A DNA stretch of 64,000 bases from Bacillales bacterium UBA6877 (GCA_002451465.1 DKCJ01000003.1:530-64529); one strand, 5' to 3'; shown: positions 9,420 to 19,866, counted from the first letter of the stretch. The notes: generated by a model from the letters alone, not told the origin. A program made the numbers and translations.

Positions 9420-11417
9420 ATGAAAAAAAATAATTTAGAAGATAGCAAAAATATTGATCAATTAGCCATTGCAACCATTAGAAGTTATTGCATAGATTGT
9501 ATTAACTTACATAAATCTGGACATCCTGGTATGGCTTTAAGTAGTGCTCCTATAGTCTATGAGTTGTATAAGGATTTTATGATCGCAAATCCTAAAGATC
9601 CTAATTGGATTAATCGCGATAGATTCATACTTTCTGCTGGACATGCTTCTATATTACTTTATGTTATTTTACATCTTTGTGGCTATGATATTTCAACAAA
9701 AGACTTACAAAGTTTTAGAACATTTGGAAGCAAGACACCTGGTCATCCAGAAGTTCATATTACACCTGGAGTAGATGCAACAAGTGGTCCATTAGGACAA
9801 GGTATTGCTCATGCAGTTGGTATTGCAATGGCAGAAACCATGCTTCAAAAACAATATGATGAAAAAATTTATAATCATTATACTTATGTTTTATGTGGAG
9901 ATGGATGCTTAGAAGAAGGTATTAGCCAAGAAGCTATACAATATGCTGGTTTTCAGAAATTAAGTAAACTAATTCTTCTTTATGATAAAAATAATGTTAC
10001 ATTAGATGGTCCATTATCTCAATCCCAAAACGAAGATGTCGGAATGCGTTTTGCCGCTGAAGGATGGAATGTTGTTACTTGTAAAGATGGAAATAATGTT
10101 AAGGAAATAAGAAAAGCCATAACAAAAGCAAAAAGTTTTATAAACAGTTGTCCAACCATAGTTATTTTCAATACCATAATTGGTTTTGGAAGTAAATTCC
10201 AAGGGACATCGAAAGTCCATGGTTCACCTTTAGGTGATGAAGATGGAAAATATGCAAAAGAATCATATGGTTTTAATTACCCACCTTTCACAATACCAGA
10301 TCAAGTTTATGATTTATTCAAAAAGACATTTTTGGCAAGAGGAAATTATCACTACGCTAAATATAAAGCAATAATGAAAATTCTTCAAAAAAATGATGCT
10401 CATACTTATAAAAAAATATTTGATTTATCAACAAACGATATACGTGAATATTTAAATCCAGAACATTTAAAAATGGATGAAAAAGAAATTGAATCAACAA
10501 GAGTATCATCTCAAAAAGTTCTTAATTTTTATCATAAATTACTTCCAAATTTAGTTGGTGGTAGTGCTGATGTTGCCGGTAGCGTCATGACAAAACTTGA
10601 TGGTGGAGTAAATTTTGCTCCAGATTCGAGAAATGGTACTAATATTAACTGGGGAATAAGAGAATTCTTCATGTGTTCGGCTAGTAATGGTATTTTATTA
10701 CATGGCGGATTAAGAACATATGCTGGTTGTTTTTTAATTTTTAGCGATTACGCTAAAAACGCTATTAGAATGGCTGCTTTACAAAAATTGCCACAAATAT
10801 TTTTATTCTCACACGATTCCATTGCTGTTGGCGAAGATGGACCAACACATCAACCAATAGAACAATTAGCTGGCTTAAGGGCTATACCAAATTTAAATGT
10901 AATAAGACCATGCGACGCTAAAGAAACATATGCTGCATGGCGTATTGCGTTAGAATCAACTACAAATCCAACATCTATAATAATTTCAAGACAAGGTCTT
11001 CCATTATTAAAAGACAGTTCTAATTATGAATTAGTTAAAAAAGGGGCTTATGTAATAAGTCAATCCAATAAAAAAACTCCTGATGTAGTTTTAATTGCTA
11101 CAGGTAGTGAAGTAAGTTTAGCTTTAGAAGTTAAAAAAGTTTTAAGTAAAAACAATATTGATTCTAGAGTTGTTTCGATGCCATCAATGTTTTTATTTGG
11201 ACAACAACCAGAAACATATAAGGAAGAAGTCTTAGGAAAAAGCTATACCAAACGCTTTTCAATCGAAATGAGTTCAACATTTGGATGGGGCAAATATGCC
11301 AAATTTAATTACGGTATTAATGAATTTGGTGCTTCTGGAAATGCAAAAGATTTATTCATTGAATATAAATTTACAAAAGAAGATATTGCTAACTATGTTA
11401 TGCAACATTTAAAATAA
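9420..11417 (+). CDS. tkt: Transketolase.
   Basis: TPP-binding HSGHPGMALS and GDGCLEEGIS motifs. 665 aa. Confidence 0.9.
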   Translation: MKKNNLEDSKNIDQLAIATIRSYCIDCINLHKSGHPGMALSSAPIVYELYKDFMIANPKDPNWINRDRFILSAGHASILLYVILHLCGYDISTKDLQSFRTFGSKTPGHPEVHITPGVDATSGPLGQGIAHAVGIAMAETMLQKQYDEKIYNHYTYVLCGDGCLEEGISQEAIQYAGFQKLSKLILLYDKNNVTLDGPLSQSQNEDVGMRFAAEGWNVVTCKDGNNVKEIRKAITKAKSFINSCPTIVIFNTIIGFGSKFQGTSKVHGSPLGDEDGKYAKESYGFNYPPFTIPDQVYDLFKKTFLARGNYHYAKYKAIMKILQKNDAHTYKKIFDLSTNDIREYLNPEHLKMDEKEIESTRVSSQKVLNFYHKLLPNLVGGSADVAGSVMTKLDGGVNFAPDSRNGTNINWGIREFFMCSASNGILLHGGLRTYAGCFLIFSDYAKNAIRMAALQKLPQIFLFSHDSIAVGEDGPTHQPIEQLAGLRAIPNLNVIRPCDAKETYAAWRIALESTTNPTSIIISRQGLPLLKDSSNYELVKKGAYVISQSNKKTPDVVLIATGSEVSLALEVKKVLSKNNIDSRVVSMPSMFLFGQQPETYKEEVLGKSYTKRFSIEMSSTFGWGKYAKFNYGINEFGASGNAKDLFIEYKFTKEDIANYVMQHLK

Positions 11418-11433
11418 TAAGAGGTGATTTTTC

Positions 11434-11772
11434 ATGCCAAGTTACGTTTATTTACAACATTATACAAGTCAAGGTGATCTAGGGATATCTAGAAATGTTT
11501 TTGTAACTTTAGGTCAACATGTTATTAGTTATATACGAGAACATAATAAGGGAAAATTTAAAATTAGTGATTATTTGGATGTTAATATTCGTTCAAACAA
11601 AGTTATTTATAAATTTTATGTTACAAAAAAGAGTTCTGTTGATTCAAAATTTATTGAAAAAAGTATTACAAATTATATAAATACTAATCTTTTAATGATT
11701 TGCGAAATAATTCCTTTTGAAATTAACATTAAAATCACCATTGATAACGGAGAAGAAAATGGAGCAAATTAA
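11434..11772 (+). CDS. Asp23/Gls24-family (YqhY-like) protein.
   Basis: Small alternating hydrophobic-pattern protein. It lies immediately upstream of nusB, as yqhY does in B. subtilis. Confidence 0.4.
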   Translation: MPSYVYLQHYTSQGDLGISRNVFVTLGQHVISYIREHNKGKFKISDYLDVNIRSNKVIYKFYVTKKSSVDSKFIEKSITNYINTNLLMICEIIPFEINIKITIDNGEENGAN

Positions 11773-12184
11773 AACAGAAACTTATTCTCGTAATAAAATG
11801 CAAGAATTAGCAGTTCAAATAATGTATGATTTTTTAATACAACAAGAATTGAACTCAACTATTGATGTTCAAAAGACTATAAGTGAAATGCAAGATAAAC
11901 CATACGAAGAATGCGATTTATTTTTAAAAGAAGTCTTAATTAAATCTTTAAAAAACGAAAAGGATATTATTGATAATATCTCAAAATATCTAATAAATTG
12001 GAAATTTGATAGACTTAATAAATGCATTCAAGCAATTTTAATTATTGCTTTCAGCAATTATTTTTATTGTGGCAACAAAGAAAAACCAATAATTATTAAT
12101 GTTGCCGTTCAACTTGCAAAAAAATATGGCGAAAGTAACGATTATAAATTTGTTAATGCCATATTAGATAAGGCTTTAAATTAA
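11759..12184 (+). CDS. nusB: Transcription antitermination factor NusB.
   Basis: Arg-rich N-terminus SRNKMQELAVQIMYD. About 141 aa from the internal ATG at 11759, preceded by an ggagaagaaa RBS. The ORF-track start at 11717 is probably too far upstream. Confidence 0.75.
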   Translation: MEQIKTETYSRNKMQELAVQIMYDFLIQQELNSTIDVQKTISEMQDKPYEECDLFLKEVLIKSLKNEKDIIDNISKYLINWKFDRLNKCIQAILIIAFSNYFYCGNKEKPIIINVAVQLAKKYGESNDYKFVNAILDKALN

Positions 12185-12186
12185 AA

Positions 12187-13401
12187 ATGAATGAACCTAC
12201 TAACAACAATGTTATTTCAGTAAAAGAACTTAATAATTGTATTAAGTTCCTTTTTGATAATACACCTATTCTTCATAATATAGCCGTCCATGGCGAAATT
12301 AGTAATTATACAGGCGTTAATCGTAGTGGCCATATTTATTTTTCATTGAAAGATGAGGACAGCATTATTAGGGCTGTAATGTTTAAATATGATACATTTT
12401 CTTTAACTTTTGAACCAAAAAATGGCGATGAAGTCATCTTATATGGATCAGTTTCAACATATGCACCAAGTGGCACATACCAAATTATTGTCAAAAAAAT
12501 TCAATTATATGGCGAAGGCGAAATACTTCTTAAGAAGAAAAAACTCATAGAAAAACTACAAAAAGAGGGTCTTTTTGATGAAAGTCATAAACTTCCTCTT
12601 CCAGAATATCCAAGGAAAATTGCAATAATAACTGGGAAAAATAGTGCAGCTTGTGTAGATATTTTGACAAACATTAACCGACGATTTCCACTCGTAGATA
12701 TAAATGTTTTTTATAGCTTAGTTCAAGGAAATGATGCCGCTAAAGATTTGATGAAAAGCCTAAAACTAGCTGAACAATCGAATCCAGATGTAATTATTAT
12801 TGGTAGAGGTGGCGGAAGTTCAGAAGATTTGAGCGCTTTTGATGACGAGGATTTAGCTAGAGAAATTTATAATTTAAAAATTCCAGTTATTAGTGCAGTT
12901 GGCCACGAAATAAATCGTTCAATATGTGATTATGTTGCTGATAAATATGTGTCGACACCTACAGGAGCAGCAGAAGCAGCCGTTCCTGATAAAATGGAGA
13001 TAATTCAAAATTTAAATGCAACATATGATTTAATTAAATCTATAGTTAATAGGAAAATTTCTTACTTAGAAAATAAATTAAATTTATTAAAATCTAATCC
13101 AAATCTTACTAATCTTAATAATGTCTATAGTCATATTGAAGAAAATATAAAGCACAAAAAAAGCGATTTAAATATTAAAATGCTAAATATTTTGAAAATA
13201 GAGGAAAATAAAATCTTATCCATTAATAATTTGATTAATGCGATTAATCCAAATAATTTATTAAAAAAAGGTTATTCAATTATTTATAAAGATAATAAAA
13301 TAATCAAATCTATAAACGATGTTAATTTAGATGATTCACTAACTATAAAATTATATGATGGAACGATCGAAACGAATGTAAAGGAGATTAAAAATGACTA
13401 A
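12187..13401 (+). CDS. xseA: Exodeoxyribonuclease VII large subunit.
   Basis: OB-fold N-terminus, GRGGGSSEDL motif. 404 aa. It overlaps xseB. Confidence 0.85.
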   Translation: MNEPTNNNVISVKELNNCIKFLFDNTPILHNIAVHGEISNYTGVNRSGHIYFSLKDEDSIIRAVMFKYDTFSLTFEPKNGDEVILYGSVSTYAPSGTYQIIVKKIQLYGEGEILLKKKKLIEKLQKEGLFDESHKLPLPEYPRKIAIITGKNSAACVDILTNINRRFPLVDINVFYSLVQGNDAAKDLMKSLKLAEQSNPDVIIIGRGGGSSEDLSAFDDEDLAREIYNLKIPVISAVGHEINRSICDYVADKYVSTPTGAAEAAVPDKMEIIQNLNATYDLIKSIVNRKISYLENKLNLLKSNPNLTNLNNVYSHIEENIKHKKSDLNIKMLNILKIEENKILSINNLINAINPNNLLKKGYSIIYKDNKIIKSINDVNLDDSLTIKLYDGTIETNVKEIKND

Positions 13402-13588
13402 AGAAAAGAAAAACTTAACATTTGAACAAAAAATGATGAGAGTAGACGAAATTGTCAAAATTATGGATTCAAATGATCTCCCTTTAGAAAATATATTAAA
13501 TTTATTCACAGAAGCTCAAGAATTAATTAAACAACTTGAGGACGAATTAAAATCTGCTAAAGAAAAAGTTGCAAAATATATAGAATAG
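13394..13588 (+). CDS. xseB: Exodeoxyribonuclease VII small subunit.
   Basis: 64 aa helical protein (FEQKMMRVDEIVKIMDSNDLPLE). It is translationally coupled to xseA. Confidence 0.85.
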   Translation: MTKEKKNLTFEQKMMRVDEIVKIMDSNDLPLENILNLFTEAQELIKQLEDELKSAKEKVAKYIE

Positions 13589-13662
13589 TAAATTTTTAGT
13601 ATTTAATTAGTTTTTGTTTTTTACATCTTTTTAAAATAGAAGATTTAATTTAAAATATTCTT

Positions 13663-14865
13663 GTGGCCGGGAAAATTATTTTACACATAGATTTAAACCA
13701 ATTTTTTATAACTTGCGAAAGATTAAAAGATCCGTCATTAAACAATAAAATATTAATTGTTGGTGGCGAAGGAAGGGCAGGAATTGTTTCTACTGCCTCA
13801 TACGAGGCGAGAAAATATGGCATACATAGTGGAATGCCTACCTTTCAAGCTAAAATGTTATGCAAAAATCTAGTTTGTAAACCAGTAGATTTTAAGTTTT
13901 ACAATTTAATGTCTAAAGAGTTTATTAATTTTATTAAACAATATTCAAATAAAATCGAGCAAACATCTATTGATGAATGTTATGTTGATTTTACTGAAAC
14001 ATATAAGTTATCATCTAACAAAAACATCGAACAATTATTAACTAATATTCAAAATGGTTTATATAAAAAAACCGGTTTAATGTGCTCAATAGGCGTAGCT
14101 ACTACAAAATTTTTAGCAAAAATGGGTAGCGACTTTAAAAAACCAATGGGTATAACAATCATCCATAACTATGAAATACCTAAAAAAATTTTCCCATTAA
14201 GCATTAAAGATTATTTTGGAATTGGTAAAAAGACTTATCCTAAATTAGAAGATATAGGGATAAAAACAATCGGTGATTTTTATAATGGATTAAAAACAAA
14301 TAATCAAGATTTAATCGATATTATTGGCAATTCAAAAGAGTATCATATTGCGGAACTAGAGGGTAGAAGTAACGATATAGTAAATACAAAACATGTTGAC
14401 CCAAAATCCATAGGTATAAGTAGGACTTTAACATCCGATACCAATGATCGTATATATTTAAATGAATTTTTATTAAAAATTGCCAAAAATGTAATTGATG
14501 AAATGAAATCAAAAAATTTCTTTACAAAAACAATAACTATTTCATTTAAAGATGCCGACTTTGAAAATACTAATTTTAAGGTCACATCTGTTTCAAAATC
14601 ATTAAGTGATTATACAGATGACGAAAATTATATATTAAAAGAAACGTCAAAATTATTTTATAAATCTTTTGATGATAGATTAATTAGACTTATTGGATTT
14701 ACAGTTAAAAATTTAAAACATAAAAGCGATATTGTTAGACAACTAACGCTAGAAGATTGCCAATTTTCACAAAAAGAAGATGAAATTGATAAAATTATCA
14801 ATGATTTAAATAGAATAACTAAACAAAAAACGTTTATTAAGCTCAGCGAGTTGGAGAAAAAATAA
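13663..14865 (+). CDS. dinB: DNA polymerase IV (Y-family).
   Basis: ILHIDLNQFF and ITCERLKDP motifs with an IVGG pattern. GTG start. 400 aa. Confidence 0.85.
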   Translation: MAGKIILHIDLNQFFITCERLKDPSLNNKILIVGGEGRAGIVSTASYEARKYGIHSGMPTFQAKMLCKNLVCKPVDFKFYNLMSKEFINFIKQYSNKIEQTSIDECYVDFTETYKLSSNKNIEQLLTNIQNGLYKKTGLMCSIGVATTKFLAKMGSDFKKPMGITIIHNYEIPKKIFPLSIKDYFGIGKKTYPKLEDIGIKTIGDFYNGLKTNNQDLIDIIGNSKEYHIAELEGRSNDIVNTKHVDPKSIGISRTLTSDTNDRIYLNEFLLKIAKNVIDEMKSKNFFTKTITISFKDADFENTNFKVTSVSKSLSDYTDDENYILKETSKLFYKSFDDRLIRLIGFTVKNLKHKSDIVRQLTLEDCQFSQKEDEIDKIINDLNRITKQKTFIKLSELEKK

Positions 14866-15749
14866 TGAATATAATTGATGCAATAAATAATTTCCTACAA
14901 TACTCCTTATTTGAAAAAGGTTTACTTAAAAATACATTAAAAGATTATAAGGATGATTTAAAATGTTTTTTAAACTACTTTCCATACATTAAAACAACTG
15001 ATGATCTATCATCTGATGACATTGATAATTTCATTTATCAACAAGGTATAGATGAATTAAAACCATCGACTATTGCAAGAAGAGTATCAACAATAAATGC
15101 ATTCTTTAAGTTTTTAGAAAAAGACAATATTCGAAAAGATTTAGTAAAAGAAATTTTATTACCAAAAAGAGAAAAACATATTCCAACAATTTTAAGTGAG
15201 GAAGAAATAAATAAATTACTTGATGCACCGAATTTAACCACGCCAAGTGGCAAAAGAAACAAAGCGATATTAGAAATAATGTATGGTTGTGGTTTAAGAA
15301 TTAGTGAAGTGATCTCTATTAAAAATAAATCAATTAATTACCAAGAAAAAATTATCACAATAACAGGAAAAGGATCTAAACAAAGAATCGTCCCAATAGA
15401 TGATTGTGCAATAAAATATTTATTAAAATATATAGTCGAAGTAAGAGAAAAAAACCAAAAAAGTAAGAATTCACCTTATTTATTCCTTAATTTAAAAGGC
15501 AAGCCTTTAACAAGACAATATTTATTTATGGAAATAAAAAAATACATAAATGAAGTTGGAATAGAAAAAAATGTATCTCCTCACACACTAAGACATTCTT
15601 TTGCGACCCATCTTTTAGAAAATGGTGCTAATATTCGAACTGTCCAAAGAATGTTAGGACATGCAAACGCCGAAACTACTCAAATATATACGCACGTTTC
15701 CGATAAGACAATTCATAAAGCATATGATTTGTATTGGAAACATAAATAA
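14865..15749 (+). CDS. Tyrosine site-specific recombinase, XerC/XerD family.
   Basis: RHSFATHLLENGANIRTVQRMLGHANAETTQIYTHV catalytic region. 294 aa. Confidence 0.8.
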   Translation: MNIIDAINNFLQYSLFEKGLLKNTLKDYKDDLKCFLNYFPYIKTTDDLSSDDIDNFIYQQGIDELKPSTIARRVSTINAFFKFLEKDNIRKDLVKEILLPKREKHIPTILSEEEINKLLDAPNLTTPSGKRNKAILEIMYGCGLRISEVISIKNKSINYQEKIITITGKGSKQRIVPIDDCAIKYLLKYIVEVREKNQKSKNSPYLFLNLKGKPLTRQYLFMEIKKYINEVGIEKNVSPHTLRHSFATHLLENGANIRTVQRMLGHANAETTQIYTHVSDKTIHKAYDLYWKHK

Positions 15750-15777
15750 CTTAAAATATTTAAGGAGTTTAATAAAA

Positions 15778-16974
15778 ATGAATAAATTTAAAAGAATATT
15801 TTTAATTGTAATGGATAGTGCTGGAATTGGCCACGCTAAAGACGCAGCAAAATTTCATGATGATGGAGCAAATACTTTTGGTCATATAAGTGAAAAAATG
15901 CCACATGGTCTAAATATTCCTGTATTAAATAGTTTAGGAATAGGGGATTTAGATGAAATTAAAGGATGCTTTAAAGTTGATCATAAAAAATCTTACAGTC
16001 TAAAACTAAACGAAGCTAGTAATGGTAAAGATACTATGACTGGTCATTGGGAAATGATGGGAATAAAAACGACAAAACCATTCCAAACCTTTACTGAAAC
16101 TGGTTTTCCTAAAGATTTAATAGATGAACTTGAAAAAGAAACAGGGCACAAAATTATTGGTAACTACGCATCAAGTGGAACTGAAATTTTAAAAGTTCTT
16201 GGCGAAGAACAAATGCGAGAAAATTCATTAATAGTTTATACTTCTAGTGATTCAGTCTTACAAATTGCTGCTCATGAACAAGTTACTGGCTTGTCTGAAT
16301 TATATAGATGCTGTGAAATAGCTAGAAAACTTTGTATGAAGCCAGAATGGTTTGTTGGTAGAATTATTGCTAGACCATATGTAGGAACAAACAAAGACAA
16401 CTTTAAGAGAACAAGTAATCGTCATGACTACACAATTTCTCCAACAGGAATCACTGCTATGGATATTTTAAAAGAACATGGTTTTACTGTAAGTTGTGTA
16501 GGTAAAATCAACGATATATTCAATGGTGTAGGCGTAACTGAAACTGTACACACAACCTCTAATCAAGATGGAATGGATAAAACGATAGATTTAGTTAATA
16601 AAAGTTCTTTTAAAGAAGGCTTTTGCTTCGTAAATCTTGTTGAATTCGATAGTGAATTTGGTCATAGAAGAAATCCATTAGGCTATGGAAATGCTCTTGA
16701 AGAATTCGATAAAAGACTTGGCGAAATGATAAAACTATTAAGAAATGATGATTTATTAATGGTGACTGCTGACCATGGCAATGATCCAACTTATAAAGGT
16801 ACTGATCATACTAGAGAAAAAGTCCCATTATTAATCTATTCCCCATTATTTAACAATGGTTCATATCTAGGAGAGAGAAATTCTTTTGCCGATATTGGTG
16901 AAACAATTCTTAAAAATTTTGGTTTAGAAAAGGATAAAACAATGATTGGTGATCCAATCAATGAAATTTTATAA
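15778..16974 (+). CDS. deoB: Phosphopentomutase.
   Basis: MNKFKRIFLIVMDSAGIG N-terminus and metal-binding DHGND motif. taaggag RBS 10 nt upstream. The ORF-track start at 15661 is an artefactual upstream extension. Confidence 0.85.
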   Translation: MNKFKRIFLIVMDSAGIGHAKDAAKFHDDGANTFGHISEKMPHGLNIPVLNSLGIGDLDEIKGCFKVDHKKSYSLKLNEASNGKDTMTGHWEMMGIKTTKPFQTFTETGFPKDLIDELEKETGHKIIGNYASSGTEILKVLGEEQMRENSLIVYTSSDSVLQIAAHEQVTGLSELYRCCEIARKLCMKPEWFVGRIIARPYVGTNKDNFKRTSNRHDYTISPTGITAMDILKEHGFTVSCVGKINDIFNGVGVTETVHTTSNQDGMDKTIDLVNKSSFKEGFCFVNLVEFDSEFGHRRNPLGYGNALEEFDKRLGEMIKLLRNDDLLMVTADHGNDPTYKGTDHTREKVPLLIYSPLFNNGSYLGERNSFADIGETILKNFGLEKDKTMIGDPINEIL

Positions 16975-16992
16975 AAAGGAGAAAAATCAAAA

Positions 16993-18285
16993 ATGAATAA
17001 AAAAATTAAATTGTTTTTGAATTCGTGTGCGCTAATTTTAAGTTTAAGCGGTGTATTATTAAATGTTTCTTCTTGCGATAAAAAAGAAACTCCAACCGTA
17101 TCTACCTTAGAATCTTTTAAATTATCTTTAAAAAATCATAAAGATAATACATTAGCTACCGGTGAAAAAGACCAAATTGTAATCAATTTTGATAAAGACA
17201 CTAAAATTGATGATAAATGGACATTTACTTATGAATCAAGTGATCAATCCATTTTAAGTGTTAATGACACTGATGGAACGCTTGAAGCATTAAAAGAAGG
17301 TAGTGTAGAAATAAAAGTAACTGAGAAAAGTAGCAAGGTTTCCGAAATATTAAACGTCACTATTAATGAAGGTGATGAAGAATTTAGTGCGTTTGCACCA
17401 AAAGGCGCACCTTTATTAGCTGTTTATGATTCAGTCGTTAATAAAAAAGGATTTGAAGTTGCCGGAAACAATACTGATGTGCCAGTTCAATTAAAAGCAA
17501 ATAAATATAACTATATAATCTTTGATAGTGTATCAGCACTTAAATTAACTAATGGAGTTAAAAAAGCTGATGGAACGATTACTACAGCAACCTCAAGCTA
17601 CACATACTATGGATTATTAACAGCCGGTAATTTCCATTTAGTAAGCAGAAAATATGATAGAGAGCCTCAAAAAGGTGACAAAATATTGACATTCATGAAA
17701 GGTCAATCTCCTGATATGGCTTTAAAGTCATGCTATAAAGAATTATTTGATAAAGATAATATTTCAAATATTACTTATGTACAAGATAACACAAAAATGC
17801 CTGCTGCTTTGATTGCAGGACAATATGAGGGCAATCCTATTGATTATTTCTTAATAGCTGAACCTGCTTTAACATCAGCAAAAAGCAAAATTACAGAAAA
17901 TAATGTAATTTACGACTTAAATTTAAATGACAAAATAAAAGAAATAACTAATGGTGAATTCGACTATATTCCACAAGCAGGATTGTTTGTAAGAAATGAT
18001 TATCTAAAATTAAAACCAAATTATGTTGAAAATTATTGGAAAGATGTTAAAAATCAAATGAAAAATGCCTATAGTGGAAATATTCAAGAGTTAGAAAAAT
18101 CAATAAATACTATTGAATTTGATAAACAAGCCGGTAAATATGGTTTTAACATTAATTTAGTCAAAAAATTACAAAGTGGTGGTGCTAATAAGTTCGGGAT
18201 TGCCAATCCAGATAAAGAAGTTACTTTATCGGATATAAATAAATTTTTAGAAAAAGTTAATGCTGATTTCCAAATTAACAAATAA
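16993..18285 (+). CDS. Lipoprotein with an N-terminal Big_2-like Ig domain. Possibly an ABC substrate-binding protein (NMT1/ThiY/SsuA-like).
   Basis: Signal peptide with lipobox VSSC. The Big_2-like segment reads TFTYESSDQSILSVNDTDGTLEALKEGSVEIKV. It is followed by a permease gene. Confidence 0.4.
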   Translation: MNKKIKLFLNSCALILSLSGVLLNVSSCDKKETPTVSTLESFKLSLKNHKDNTLATGEKDQIVINFDKDTKIDDKWTFTYESSDQSILSVNDTDGTLEALKEGSVEIKVTEKSSKVSEILNVTINEGDEEFSAFAPKGAPLLAVYDSVVNKKGFEVAGNNTDVPVQLKANKYNYIIFDSVSALKLTNGVKKADGTITTATSSYTYYGLLTAGNFHLVSRKYDREPQKGDKILTFMKGQSPDMALKSCYKELFDKDNISNITYVQDNTKMPAALIAGQYEGNPIDYFLIAEPALTSAKSKITENNVIYDLNLNDKIKEITNGEFDYIPQAGLFVRNDYLKLKPNYVENYWKDVKNQMKNAYSGNIQELEKSINTIEFDKQAGKYGFNINLVKKLQSGGANKFGIANPDKEVTLSDINKFLEKVNADFQINK

Positions 18286-18309
18286 GATAAAATAATTTAA
18301 AATATTAGA

Positions 18310-19086
18310 ATGAAAAAGAAAAAGCAAAATCGATTAATAAATTTTATATGTGTGTTTATTGGAATATCGATTTTGCTTTTTATTTGGGAAATATCAAGCA
18401 AAACTTTCAATAATTATCAAATTTTTCCAGATGTTATACTAACATTTGAAAAATCATTGCAATTATTATCTGATCCGAAAATATATTTGGCTATATTAAC
18501 TAGTCTAGGAGTTTGCTTAATAACTTTGATAATTTCTTTTATATTAGCAATAATAATGGGCATTTTGTCGGGTTTATTCGAACCAATAAACAAAATTCTA
18601 ACACCTTTAATTTCCGTAATGAAAGTTGCACCAACAGCTGTAATAGTAATTTTGCTTTTGGTTTTTGTAAAATCTTCGATTTCAATTATTACAGTGATTT
18701 TTTTAGTTGTTTTCCCTATTTTATACGAATCTATAGTAAATGGTATTAAAAATATAGATAAATATATAATATTATCTTTAAAACTTGAAGGTATATATAA
18801 ATTCAATTCAATTTTTAAAGTAATAATTCCGACTATAATGCCATACATATATTTAGGCATTATGCAATCAATTGGTTTATCAATGAAAGTTGAAATAATG
18901 GCCGAAATTGTTATAGGAAGTCAAAGTATTGTTGGAATGGGCTATTATGTATATCAAGCATATGCCATAAATGCTGATTTTATCGAACTTTTTGGTCTTG
19001 TTCTTATCATTCTATTTACTTTCGGTTTGGTCGATTTACTTTTATTTAAATTAAAAAATATATTAAAAAAAGAAAATTTTTTATAA
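18310..19086 (+). CDS. ABC transporter permease, NitT/TauT-like family.
   Basis: 258 aa with 6 predicted TM segments. Conserved-loop region AEIVIGSQSIVGMGYYV. No ATPase gene is adjacent. Confidence 0.5.
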   Translation: MKKKKQNRLINFICVFIGISILLFIWEISSKTFNNYQIFPDVILTFEKSLQLLSDPKIYLAILTSLGVCLITLIISFILAIIMGILSGLFEPINKILTPLISVMKVAPTAVIVILLLVFVKSSISIITVIFLVVFPILYESIVNGIKNIDKYIILSLKLEGIYKFNSIFKVIIPTIMPYIYLGIMQSIGLSMKVEIMAEIVIGSQSIVGMGYYVYQAYAINADFIELFGLVLIILFTFGLVDLLLFKLKNILKKENFL

Positions 19087-19130
19087 AATTTCTAAAATTC
19101 CCCACATATATATAGTATAGGAGAAATTTT

Positions 19131-19649
19131 ATGGAAATTAAAAATGATGGCAAATTTAGACAAAAATACTGTCTTTCATGTGGTGATGACAACGAATATT
19201 TAAATGACCGAATTAATTGGGCTGATGAACAAATTAAAAATTTAGCAAAAAACAACGAAAATTATTTTCGTCCAACTGTACAGGGTGAAGTTAGAAGTTA
19301 TACAAAGAAAAATGGTAAAACATCTTTGTTTTTAGTTTTAGAAAAAACAAATCATACACAACCTACAGTATTAATTTGTCCAATATACGCAATAACATCT
19401 AAAGATGATTTAATTCATGGTTATAGGATTGGTGTCATACCATCTATAACAACAAATTATGAATTTATAGCAGCAATAAGTGAGATTCGTTTTGCAAAAA
19501 AAGACCAACTTGAAATAAGCAATTCAGCAAATAAACCAATTTGTTATTTAATGCAAAAGCAATTATTAGATATTTTTTATCTTTATAGATCCTTAATAGA
19601 TTATGCAATGAATCTGACATATAAAATAAAAAAAGTTTATACAGTTTAA
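19131..19649 (+). CDS. Hypothetical 172-aa protein with a possible PemK/MazF/ToxN-like endoribonuclease fold. No cognate antitoxin gene is seen.
   Basis: Segments PTVLICPIYAITS and IAAISEIRFAKKDQL resemble MazF/EndoA SPTAIVAAITA and LLEQIRTIDKQRL. The N-terminal 50-aa extension contains CLSC. A taggag RBS is present. Confidence 0.35.
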   Translation: MEIKNDGKFRQKYCLSCGDDNEYLNDRINWADEQIKNLAKNNENYFRPTVQGEVRSYTKKNGKTSLFLVLEKTNHTQPTVLICPIYAITSKDDLIHGYRIGVIPSITTNYEFIAAISEIRFAKKDQLEISNSANKPICYLMQKQLLDIFYLYRSLIDYAMNLTYKIKKVYTV

Positions 19650-19650
19650 C

Positions 19651-19700
19651 TTAGTATTAGATATTTAGTATTTATTTAGTAGATATTTGGTATTATATTT
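19651..19700. repeat. Short imperfect tandem repeats, (a)tatttagta x3-4 with 11-14 nt periodicity, in an AT-rich spacer.
   Basis: ttagta at 19651, 19665 and 19676, and ttggta at 19687. atattt recurs. Confidence 0.3.
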
Positions 19701-19833
19701 TTTTAATTTTTTATGTATAATTTGCATTATTTAATTATATTTTAATATGTAATTATTGGCTTATTATCGCTTATTTTTTGTATATTACTTAACATAATAG
19801 ATATTATACGAAGTAATACATATCTTAAAAAAT

Positions 19834-19866
19834 AAGGTTAGATATTCCTATTTTAAATCTAACCTT
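19834..19866. terminator. Bidirectional terminator hairpin (aaggttagat / atctaacctt) between convergent genes.
   Basis: 10-bp perfect stem with a 13-nt loop. There is a T-tract on the minus strand (atttttta) serving rsfS and a T-rich tail on the plus strand. Confidence 0.55.

Noticed and set aside
14865-15749. The tyrosine recombinase as a marker of an integrated mobile element.
   Set aside because: It has XerC/XerD size and motifs. It is embedded among housekeeping genes (dinB, deoB) with no flanking repeats, phage genes or tRNA. It is most likely the chromosomal dimer-resolution recombinase.
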